Shown here in pieces: positions 53,001-64,000 of a stretch of DNA of 64,000 bases; position 1 is the first letter of the stretch; every line of letters starts with the position of its first letter. This DNA comes from Spizellomyces punctatus DAOM BR117 (taxonomy: Eukaryota). The notes under the pieces were generated by a model. That model made no database searches. It worked only from the letters and a program-made list of their open reading frames with translations, and was not told the DNA's origin. Both the position numbers and the translations under genes were made by a program. Location: assembly GCA_000182565.2 (NCBI GenBank), contig KQ257459.1; one strand, 5' to 3'.

Positions 53001-56000
53001 AATTTGCCGCTACTGGTAAATTACTTGACATTTATTTGGCTTTCCTCCTGCCAGGGTCAGCGAGAGCTTACAGTAGCTAGCAGGCTGTCCTGGACGGATC
53101 GCCTCAAAGCACTTGTAGTATCTGGCAATTTTCAGGAAGCTATAGCAATGGGTCTTACTTTCTATTATGGCAGCGCAAAGCGCGCGGTAATCGGATTGCC
53201 ACCAGATGATGAGATGCGACGTACTATGGTCGGTGACCATCTTACAGACCTGCTCTTGTCTTTTATCAACATGTCATTGACAAGCTATGACGCAAGCGAC
53301 CAAAAACTTCTTGAGGGAGAGGATATTTCCGTGTTTCGCCAACTGGCGGCTACGGCCTTTGATACGTGTTTAGCTATTGGCCGTGATGATCTTCTCTTCG
53401 GCGACATCTACGAAAACTTCGGTGACAAGAATCTTCGAGTAGTTTTCTTCGAGCTCCTGGAGGCGTATGTGTTGGATGAGCGGATTACCACCTTCAGTAA
53501 CCCGGTGATTGTCCAGGAATTTATTGCATTCTATGAGATGCATGGGTGGTTGGACCGACTTGAGCAAGTGATCTTGCACCTTGACCCCATGGTGCTGGAT
53601 GTACATCACACTGTGGGCCTCTGTCTCAAGTACGGATTATACAGCGGTTTGCTCTACGTCTATAACCGTGTTGGCGATTTTGTGACACCTATTATCGAGC
53701 TCCTTCACCTATTGGAGTTGCACGGGAAAGCGAGAAACGACAAAGGGCACTCAAATGGCAACGGGTCAGCGCTGTCTACATCCATAGCCCATTCTCCGGA
53801 GGATGCGGTCTACACGTTGTACGTGTACCTGGCTTATATCCTTACCGGGAAAGCCTTTCCCGTTGGACATCTCGACGAGAAGGAAGCTGTGGCGGCCAGG
53901 GAGGATGTCTTCAGCTTCCTGTTTTCACCTTTTCATGCGATCTGGCCTCCTGGCACCGGGGCCTGCAAACTCGGGCGAGAACCATATCCATACATTCATT
54001 TGCTATTAAGTTATGATCCTCGAGAATTCCTGAAAGCTCTCGGGGCCATTGTTGCGGATGACGCATTGCAAAACAAAGATCTTAAAATTAGGCCAAATGT
54101 CTTTGTAGCCGACGAAGATGGCATGGGCCGATTTGCTGATAGGTACGAAATCAGCCGACAGTTCATTTTGAACGCCTTAATTTCGGCGGTAGAGGGAAGC
54201 AGTCCACCGAGCGTAGATATTCTGTCGCTGCAACATGGAGAGTCAATTTACGAGAATAACGTGCTGGATCCTCGCGACGTTACCCTTTGCTTCTGTTTTG
54301 TGGCACGCATATATGCAAACTATCGCAGCACTGTTTCCCTACAGAAGGATGTGCTACGAAGGGTCCTTTTGTGCTTGATGACATCACCAGACAGTACAAC
54401 GCGTGAGGAGAGACAGCGGGCCATTGTGGGCGTGCTACTGACCGGTTTTGAGCCAAGCAACGCCGAACAGGATAAATGGCTGGACCTATACCAGCAAGGC
54501 GGTTTGTGGCGGCCCTACGAATTGGCAGCTCGCAAGCTCCAGCGCTACGAGCTCGTAATTTTGTCTTATTTAAATGACCCTACGCGCCAGGAGCAGGGCT
54601 TTCACGCGATTTACGAACTGCTGGAGAGTGAAGCGCTAGCACCTCGACAGTCTTTGGCGGTCAAACAGAGTGTATTGCAAAATGTCGTACAACTCACGCA
54701 TATAGATGAAGTGGCAACCACGGATCTTATGTCAACATTTTGGCCAACAGAGCATAAAGCCGTTATTCGCACCCTTTCCCCGAATGCGGACGACTTGTTC
54801 ACCTATCTGAGAGGGCTTCTCGATGCCGAGTGGGCTCTATCTCTTCGAAAGACAGCCGACCGTCCTCGTCGGCGAAGACCAAAACAGAGTACATCTACTA
54901 CAGACCTTGGGGAAGAAGTTTATGAGAAGTATATTGAACTCCTATGTATACGTGAGCCCCGGGAGGTGAAAAGATATCTTGATAGGCTTAGCGTGGATCA
55001 CACTGGATACCCGTATGCATTTGATCGAGTACTGGCTCTATGTAAGCAACACAATGTCCTTGATGCCGCCGTCTGGATTCTGGAAAAGAGCGGGAATTTG
55101 GAAGGTGCCCTGCGGCTGATAATGGAAGGCGTACAGGTTGCTGTTGAAATTATTACCAACACAGGGAACAGGTCAGGAGAAACATCTGGGGAGATTACAT
55201 CCCTGAATGCACTTGAGCACATCAAACGCCGGATAGACATGGCCTTGGATCTTTGTATGAGAAGCTCGGGAAGACTTGGCAAAGACGAGTGTGAATCTCT
55301 TTGGTTTAGTCTGCTGGATGCCATAGTTGAGCCACAGAAGGTAACAGCGCCTCCTTCTCCTACACGACCGGAAGGTGGACCCCTCAGTGCAACCTTCGAC
55401 GATGAGAGAGAGCCGAAGGTGGTTGAACTGTATGATTGCCTCAAGAACAGTGCCCGCACACTACTTTACGCCATGGTTGGATATGTGCCATTCCACTCAA
55501 TCCTCTACCGAATTGTCCAGTCACAACGTCGAGCATCCTTTGGCGAGCATAGAGAGATTATCTTTTCCATGCTTGATTCTTACAGCTACGAACGAGAACT
55601 TCTTCAAGCCACAAACCGCATATTGTCGATCGACGTACACGGCTCACAAGCTCGCAGCACCTCACTACGACGAAAAGCCTTGCGACCTTTTAAAGGACAA
55701 TGCGGTGTATGCAAACGGATGCTTCACATACGGGCCATGTCTGACTTGCAAAAGATAAACAAAATTGCTGTGATGAAATGTGGACATGCTTTCCATGCGA
55801 CGTGTTTGCAGACTGACATGGAGCGGATTGCGAGCATGGAGGGATGGGAAACTGCTGGTGACGCGATTTCTGGGTCGGGATGGTGTGTAATTTGTGCAAA
55901 GAACAGGGATAGGGCCAAGGCGGCCGCAAAAAAGTTAACCACTAGTTCGGCTGAGAGAACGAAGGAAAAAGGAAAAGATAAGATGGTGTGGCTCTGTCTT

Positions 56001-56491
56001 TGCATGTGTTACTGCCTTCTGTCAGATGACATTGACTATATGTTCATTTCCAGGCTGTTGTGGCGGACGCAGAGGAGCCACCAGATACACAGCAAAAGCA
56101 ACAAGTGCAACGAGCAAACGCCGAACTCTTCGTTCGGCTCTCGTCCCACATGCCTACAGTATGTACTACCTCGTACTTGACAGAGAATGCAATTTTGCCA
56201 AACCGCAGAGGTGATAACCATTTGTTACAGAATGAAATATATAGGCTCCTCCATCCACACCGCGCCAGCAATGTTGAGGATATGATTAACATGAACGACG
56301 ACGTCATCGACCTTGGAGAGTCGCCATACGACTCGGTGTATGGGGATGGTCAATCTGCTTACCGGCGAGGATCAGAGTTCCCATCGCACCAGATTCAACA
56401 TATACCGTCAAGCATTGTCAAAACCCCACATAAATATTTCTTGAGTCTCGCCCCACCTTCAATGCCTCCTTCGATAGACTCTGTTGACTGA
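50083..56491 (+). CDS. VPS8: Vacuolar protein sorting 8 (CORVET subunit)
   Basis: WD-like N-terminal region (GVPTVLSISGGILIGTS), LSWTDRL, FFELLEAYVL, LEQVILHLDP..LDVH, clathrin-like repeats, C-terminal RING-like CGVC...CGHAFHATC...CVIC. Confidence 0.9.
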
Positions 56492-56770
56492 GTTGAGGAT
56501 TGGGAATTCTGTGTACCTAGGGATGTGCGCTTTTCTATTTTAGTTTTTTCTTCCTGTGGCTTTTGATAAAATAGTGAAAACGAAGGCTGTTTGTCTCTTT
56601 CTTTGGACTGGAGTGCAATGTGGAATGAACGGTCGAGTGTGCGCCAAGCACACTAATTTATGCTGGCGCTACAAAAGTAAAAGATTGCACAGGGCAATCG
56701 CACAAACTCTCATTGGCATCTTCAGAGCAATCTTCAGCATTTGATCATTACATCATGGTATCAAACTCTA

Positions 56771-59631
56771 TCACGAAGCAAAGACGGCCAAATCCTTTAG
56801 TGTTTCCCGTACGGCCCCTCCAACTTGTCCACCTGATCGCTTTAGTTCCTCCAAGGTTGTAGATATCTCGATGAACCCATGACGACATGCTCTGCATCGT
56901 TGAATTCTGTCAAAGAGGCAAAAGATGAGCTTGTATTGCGGCGATTTCCAATCAAAAGGACCGGTCTTACCGATCTTCTCTGCTGATATCGACACCTGGA
57001 GAGGACAGATTATCTGCATTCATGGTTGATATGATAACATGAGAGAAGCTCTTCACAAGAAGTCGTATCGTTGCGCAGGCCGTGACGATAAAACTATGGT
57101 TGGATGAATTCAGTTCGCAAGATACCTAGTTCTGATGCGAATCAATTCAAGTGATCACATACTCTTCATACATCTCAAACAGCAACTCGTTCAACACGGG
57201 AAGAAGCAAAATCGCAACGTCCAGCGTCAACAATTTCGGTTTTAAATTGATGATTCTCAATAAATCGATGCATACGCTCGAATCTTTGAGTTCGATCATT
57301 GTTTCTATGGCCTGTCGGATGTTGGTTTCGTCCCACGTTTGTCGGATGCACCGAATACTGGTTAAGCGGGAGTTGAGAATGGAAGTGATGGAAGCGTGCC
57401 GGAACATCAGGGAATCTATAATGTCGTTATCGGATGTCGGTGGAGGAGCTCCAGGAGAAGATGGGGAGAGAGGAAGAGGTTGGGCGCGTCGTTGAGCATT
57501 CTGGTATGCCCAAATGGGTGAGATTTGTGCAGGTATACACACGACCCTTGCAAAGTACATGTACCTGTAAGAATTTTGCCACATCCAAATTGAGTAATCT
57601 CTGGCCATTCCCAGACGGCACAAAGGAGTTTGGGCCGCGTGAGGCGTGTGTGTGAAGTTGTTGAGCAAATTGTTCGTCAGCACTTCGAGAGAATCCCGGA
57701 GCTGTCGCTGGCCTATATCCAGCATCTTCTGGGAAATTCAGTCGGTCCAGCGAAGTAGACATGGACCGTCCGTACGGTGGCGTGTCACTTGGTTCTGGTT
57801 TCATGTAGGGTGATGACATCGATTTAGGAATACCATACGGTGGTGTACGCTGGGTACCTTTTGTATGCAAACGTCAATAACGTTTCCACGCGCACTCTGC
57901 AACAGAAAAACGTCACAAACCAGCATTGTTTGGCTGTTGGGATGGGGGCGGGGTATGGTGTCGCTCCGCAAACTCCTGTCGTTGTGCCGCTGATAGTTTA
58001 TTAAAACCTTATCCTGCATGTTCTCGATAGTAAATCATACCCACCAATTTTTGAGACAATGTCATCCTGAATTGTTGTTTGAGACCCTCGTAGTGATGAT
58101 TCTATTGGAGCACTCTGATCCTCGCTAATGTACAGTCGGCCTACGGATGATTAAAGGTTGATCCCGATGATTTGACGCAATGGGCTTATCATATCGCAAA
58201 AACCTTACCAAGATCGAGCTCCGCGCTGTCGATGTTACTACGATTTGCTCCACCATACGGACTCTCAGGACCTTGTGTGAACCCTGCGGGTGCAGCCAAG
58301 TCCGGCGGTCGTCGGTCCGTTGGGCTTAGATGCGGCTGAGCAAGTTCGTGTCAGATGCCAATCCGATATGTGATTTGATGCCCCGCCACTTACCGTTATA
58401 TCCACCCCCCACACGCTCACGAAATTTTGATCCAGAGCACCACCTAGCACCTTCCCCTCCTCCAAGAGAATTCTCATGTCCGCAATGTTGGGCCAGCTAA
58501 CCGAGATAACGTCGTGGCATACAGCGGGTTCCCATGTCCATATTTGCAGAGAATCAGTATATGCAGCATACACTTCATGTCCTTCCGGATCAAATTGCAA
58601 TGCTTGCGGCCGGCCGGTGCTTGCGGGGGTGGCGGATATACACTCAAATGTTTGAAGATCGTAAAACCTCAAGACATTATCGGCGCCTGCTGATACCATT
58701 AAAAATTCGGAAGGGTTAAAAGCAAGTGCTGTTATAGCGCCTGTATGATCGGAATATGAATGTAAAAGTTTCCCGGCGGTCATGTCCCATATCTAGATGT
58801 AAGGCATTTTCAACACCATTACAGTACAAACCAAGCGGAAAAGTTCCCTCTAATACCGTACCTTTACTGTTGCATCACTGCCTCCTGTTGCAATCCATCG
58901 CCCATCAGGTGTTATACGAAGAATATTGACTGCGTTTTGATGACCGTGGTATGTCTGAATACATCCCTTCCGCCGAACGTCCCATATCTTAACCGATGAA
59001 TCAGAAGAGCCGGAAGCAAAGAACTCGCCAAAGGGGTGAAATTCAACGCATCGGGCTGCAGACTTGTGGCCAGCTAAAGTTCGTATTACTGTTACGCGAA
59101 CAAACATACCGATGAGATACCGATGAGATGAACAACAGTATTAGTCGTGCTTACTGTAGCTTAGAACGTACCTTTTGCGTGTTCCAGGTCCCAGAGCTTG
59201 ATCGTTCCAGAAGATGACCCTGCTACCACGATCTCCTCTGGCCAATCTAATGTAACACATTCTATTGCACTTGCGTGCCCGCTAAGACTCTGAAAGCAAT
59301 AAGAGAAAACTTATCAGCATTCTCTTTCAATGCACACGCTGTGTGGAGGCAAACAAGATGCTTGCCACACTGTTTACGCAGTAATTCCTCAACACTTACC
59401 AATATCGGTGCTGTTTTCCCAATAGCCCACAAGTTCACTTTTCGATCCTCTCCGCCCGTAACCATCACCCGCCCCGACTTTGGTCCTATTCGCAAGCATG
59501 TTCCGTTCGCATTGTGTGCGACAAAATCATCTACGCATGCCCATGACCGTGTTAGCTTGTCGACGACTATCTGGCGCAAGTTTTGAACGATACAACATAC
59601 AGATCTTGGACGCCCTGGTATCGTTGTTCAT
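56771..59631 (-). CDS. KATNB1: Katanin p80 WD40 subunit
   Basis: [65 protein letters not shown]-terminal con80 region [12 protein letters not shown]...[10 protein letters not shown]...DISAEDR. Confidence 0.93.
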
Positions 59632-60110
59632 TTTTCACGCTGCTCACGCAAATAGCCCCTCTACAAATCCCCCGACGCTTATTCCTTCTCTACAGAGAAA
59701 GTTCTATCTGCTCCTGCAAGGTAGCTGGTATGATATTTGCGTCGTGACAAGGCTGAGAGACTCGGCTGAGAGAATTTCAGTGCGAATGTTGAAAACGGCC
59801 CGCGATAGGGCACGCAGTTCGAGCTGACAGCAATATAGGTGTCCTAGATTACAAGGAGGCCTCGTTTAGGTGGAATATCTAGGATAACTGTTCAATTCTA
59901 AAAGGTAATCGTTTCTTGGCGATGTTTGGTGCGAAAGCCCACGGTGCTTTGGGCATGGCCTATTTAGGTTCAAATTACAAGCATTCAGCGCGAACGAGTC
60001 TGAGTCAGCGTCGCTCTTTGGGCTCTCCTTCCTTCCGTTCCAACAAACGTCTTGGTTTTCTTTCTTTTTGCGCTCTCGGGCGGCCTCTTCTTTTCCGTCG
60101 TCCTCCACAA

Positions 60111-61788
60111 ATGGAATGCGGTACATGCGCTTCAACGCATAGGAAATTTTGGTGCTCCAGCTGCATAAGTGAAAGGCAATTGCTTCGCTATAAACTCCAC
60201 TCTTTTATTGTTGCTCACTCGTCTATTTATCAGACTTCAAAATCACGTATCCAACTACACTGTACTCGCCGTTGAGCGGGATTCTCTGGCAGAGCGCATT
60301 CATACAATCCTTGGCTCTAACCGACCACCTACTGGAATATCACCAGCCGAGGAGGCAGAGGCAGCAAAGGGACGTATAAAAGCAGTAGAGAGTTCCATTG
60401 CCGCTGCGAGGGAAGCAGTTCAGAAAGGCAAGCTTGTGCATGTCTACATGAGACAGAATATCTCCGAACGTTACGAGTTTATTGAAGAAAATCACCTCTA
60501 GGTAGAGAAGAGCTCAAGACTGTACGCCGTACTATCAATCAGCGTCGTCAGATTCTAGCGCAAGCACACGCAACGTTAGAACACGAGCGGTTACGAAGTA
60601 TCGGGAATATCCGACAGGAAGTGGACCATGGACGGGGAAAGTATCGGCAAGCGGCCGAAGTGCTGATGCAGTCCCGTCGGCTGTTGGTACGAGAAGTTGT
60701 GTCCATATTTCGGTTGAGAAAGGTCCAACGTAAACAAGGCAAAGAAGCGATTGGTGGAGGTGTGATGAGCTCTGCAATCTCTACATATTCTGTTCGTAAT
60801 GGAACATCATCATCATTGGTTTCATCGGGGGTGACCACGACACAATCTCTACCCATCGCACGGACCTCTACTAGTGCGTTGCTCTCTTCTTCACCCGACG
60901 TGCCTGAGTATCGTATTATTAATGTTGGATTTCCGATATTCGGGTATTCTCTGAGTGAGTGAGTGACCCGAGATGCTAATCGCCGTGCTGCATAGCGTCT
61001 CTATTCACACAACCTGCACAGGCTCCCCGCATGAAAGATTCAATGCTGGACTCGGTTACGTTATCCACATGACCATACTGCTTTCCCACTACCTTCATGT
61101 GACGCTGCCGTTCCAAATCGTCAATAAAGGTGCTCGATCTTTTGCGCAAGCAGCCTATGTGGATTCTTCGTCCGAATTCAGGTTGGAGGACATGTAAATA
61201 TGCTTTTAATCGCATGCTCCGTAGCACTAATTGCACTTATTTCTACAGTCACTTGCCGTTGTACCTTTCCGATAATAATGTTGAAGCGTTCACTGTGGGA
61301 CTCTCAATGCTTAACTATAATATTGCCTACTTGTGTTATACCCAGGGAGTCGATATTCCAATTTATCAAGTACACAATACGCTTGAGAACCTGGCATTGT
61401 GCTGTCAAGCGCCAGATCTGGGCTGGTGTGTTCATTCATGCCTAGAAATTGGTCCGAAATGAATTACTCAATGATTGTCTTTTTTAGTGACGTCAGCCGT
61501 CCTCGCCGGGACAGTCCTCACGGCCCTCAGTCCACTACAGCGTCGTACCCATCTCCACGGGAACCATTCTCCCTGGACTTTCAAAAAGTGGTACGGCTAC
61601 ACATTGCAATAAGGACACGGAGATGGGTGGTGAGCGAGATCGCCGCGTTAAGAAATGATGGTGAGCCAAAGTCAGAATATACGATATCTCCGTCCTTGAG
61701 ACAGATTTTGGAGGAAAATTCCGAAGATGAGGATGAAACTGTATCTGGATGGCATTTAGTAGATGAACCACTGCCGCCGCATGTATGA
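60111..61788 (+). CDS. ATG14/UVRAG (Vps38) family PI3K complex subunit
   Basis: N-terminal CGTC...CSSC, coiled coil, RRLLVREVVSIFRL, FNAGLGYVIHMTILLSHYLHVTLPF, FTVGLSMLNYNIAYLCYTQG. Confidence 0.85.
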
Positions 61789-61932
61789 TAAATGTATGTA
61801 GATATATGTTGTGTTGTATATAACGTTAAATCGGAAGAGGACGTACGATAAGTCTTTCACCATATATGCCTCTATTTACAAGCGGTCCTTCTCGGACACT
61901 TGTGCCCATTCCCACATGAGTATCATAGTATT

Positions 61933-62480
61933 CTAAGCATAATTTTTGCTTCGCTGGCCAGCAAAGTTCCCTTCAAAAAAGTCCGCCAAAAAGTCAGAAT
62001 ATTTCCCTCTTCCGTTGTCGTCCTCGAAAGGTCGGACTTTCCGCTCGGGCTGCTCGTACGTGTTGTTTGGGAAGAACCGCTGGACATGGTCATCTTGCTT
62101 CCATTGTTCAAGAGTCTCAGTGAGCTCATTTCGGCCTTTGAAGATGAGGATATCAATGACTTGTTGGTTCTCGATGGAGCGATTTGCTTCGAATTCTCGG
62201 CGGAACCTTTGGCGAACCTGGTGTCGAAGTAAAGAGTCAGACCTGTATTATACTGCAGAAGGACTACACCAGCCATTGGTTGTGCTTTTTGCTGTTCATT
62301 CCGGGCCTTAATCCTGGTTCCTATATACTACCTTACCTTCCACACGGGATACGGCAGCCTGTACATTTCTACAATGTCAGGAGCCGCTCGGACGCAGTCT
62401 CTGAACAGCTGAAGCACGCGCTTCCGCTGTTCCTGGGCATTCCGAGAGATGATGGTAGGAAGCGGTTTAGTTAGAGTCAT
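61933..62480 (-). CDS. NDUFA6: Complex I LYR-family subunit NDUFA6 (B14/NB4M)
   Basis: RKRVLQLFRDCVRAAPDIVEMYRLP / VRQRFRREFEANR...VIDILIFKGRNELTETLEQWKQDDHVQRFF...SDFLADFFEGN; one intron. Confidence 0.9.
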
Positions 62481-63715
62481 GGTTTGGGTATGTTGCGGTG
62501 CGGTATTGGTCCAAATCGCAATCCAAACGCAACTCGCCTTGGTGAAAGTTGAGTCTGCCCCCAAGGCAGTCATGTGACTGGAATCATGTGATCGATCGGT
62601 AGCCACATACGCCACTTTCAAGCGCAGATCAATGAGCGCTGATAAAATAGTTGATCCATTGACAGATTCGTTCAAGTAGTGTTTGATCTGCAGTAAGCGC
62701 ACGATATCTGTATGGGCAAGGCGCAAAGTAACTCAGCGGTCTTTTTACGAAGAACAAGACAAGTACTTGTATACTGGGTTTGGAACAACCCAACCTGGCT
62801 CCGGCATACTCTGTGTGTCCACCTTGTGTTTAAGCAAGACTATCCTCAATCTCAAGCCCCCATATTTCTCTGGTAATTCAAAGACTACATTCTAGAAGAG
62901 CCGTTGCACCTCAAAATAAGAGCTCAAAATGCGACTACTCTTTAACATTGGAGATTGGAGATTGATTGCCCATGCAATAATACGGCCACGTGCATTGGTG
63001 CTAAAGAACCCCGGCCACAAAGGCACCATTTATCCATAAGACTGTTTAAATCATTTGTAAACGAGAAATCAACGGCCACCTTCTACAGCAGTGCTGTTTT
63101 GGACAGCTCATACCTTGTATTGATTCGTGGTTGAAAAACAGAAAGATGCCAGAATCCGTTGATCCTCACCTTCCCCCAATGCTCATCTGGCACCATCATA
63201 CTCTGCAATCCTAAAGCATCGTTAAAGCCAATGCTGAATTCCTTTTGTGAAGATTGCAAACAAAACGCCTGTCAACTTACCCTCCTCGTGACTCTGTTGG
63301 GGGGGCGTGTTGACGCGTGACTTGCAGCAAATGGCGCTTGGCACGTCATGCACGACTTACTCTCCTGTCGACTTGCCCATTTCCTACGGTCAAAACCCAG
63401 GTTTCCATTGCGCATTCTCTTACACAACACACAAGGCATTTGTCCAAGTATTTTTGTTGAAAACGCAACTGTTGCTACAGGATAATTGGGCAACCGCATT
63501 ATTTGTTCCCACGCCGCCACAACTTGCTTTGTTTGGCTCGTCCTGGGCCAAGCGTCTTACGGTCTTCAGTTTTTACCCAAGGTAGCCTTCTTCCTTCCCT
63601 TTTTCTTCTCTTTGGCTTTGTTTGCCCACACTCCAACAGTGCGTCGTTGGTCGGTATCCAGACCACCCGCTTTTGCTTTCCCTATAACCCGACAATTTCC
63701 GACCGTCTCCATACC

Positions 63716-64000
63716 ATGGACAAGATGGACTTGACTCTCCCCTTTGGGCCAGACAACCACCAGACCCGCACCTGGAAGCTTGATGAAAGCCGCAAGGAAC
63801 AGGCCCGATCGCTTGCTTCCCGTCTTGGAATTACTTACGCTCCCGGAACTGCTCCACCTTTACCGTCCGCATCTACTCATCCCGAGCTCTACGAACTCGC
63901 TACAACAGCACTCAAAGAGGCAGGAGGTCCACAATTCATTAACCCCGATCACATTACCGCCCGAAAAATGCATGTTACCCCGAATTCTGACGAGAGCATC
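63716..64000 (+). CDS. 5' end of an unidentified gene running off the window
   Basis: ATG 63716 opens a stop-free frame to the end (MDKMDLTLPFGPDNHQTRTWKLDESRKEQARSLASRLG...). Confidence 0.5.
   Translation, partial: MDKMDLTLPFGPDNHQTRTWKLDESRKEQARSLASRLGITYAPGTAPPLPSASTHPELYELATTALKEAGGPQFINPDHITARKMHVTPNSDESI

Noticed and set aside
59106-59131. 11-bp tandem duplication ATACCGATGAG in a KATNB1 intron
   Set aside because: Two copies only, ordinary slippage; not CRISPR-like or a transposon footprint

Overview
Gene-dense, intron-rich eukaryotic DNA with short (about 50-100 nt) GT-AG introns and very short intergenic spaces. An axonemal dynein heavy chain, katanin p80 and a CCDC87-like gene alongside fungal-type genes (ILV1, SIP3/LAM, PET191, Vps3844) point to a flagellated early-diverging fungus, probably a chytrid (inference). 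About 22 spliced protein-coding genes were traced by hand, so exon boundaries are approximate where stated. There are two 100-N scaffold gaps, and no tRNA, rRNA, transposon or CRISPR was recognised. Top findings: (1) an NDUFA9/Coq11-like mitochondrial SDR is spliced in frame to a start-less pantothenate synthetase through an Arg/Ser/Thr-rich, presequence-like linker, a candidate cleavable mitochondrial polyprotein or bifunctional pantothenate enzyme; (2) TAF2 carries five tandem bromodomains; (3) there are homolog candidates of the animal-associated RAD51AP1 and MBIP; (4) tandem TGACTCA (Gcn4-type) sites lie upstream of ILV1; (5) a small two-exon orphan gene is missed by the ORF track.
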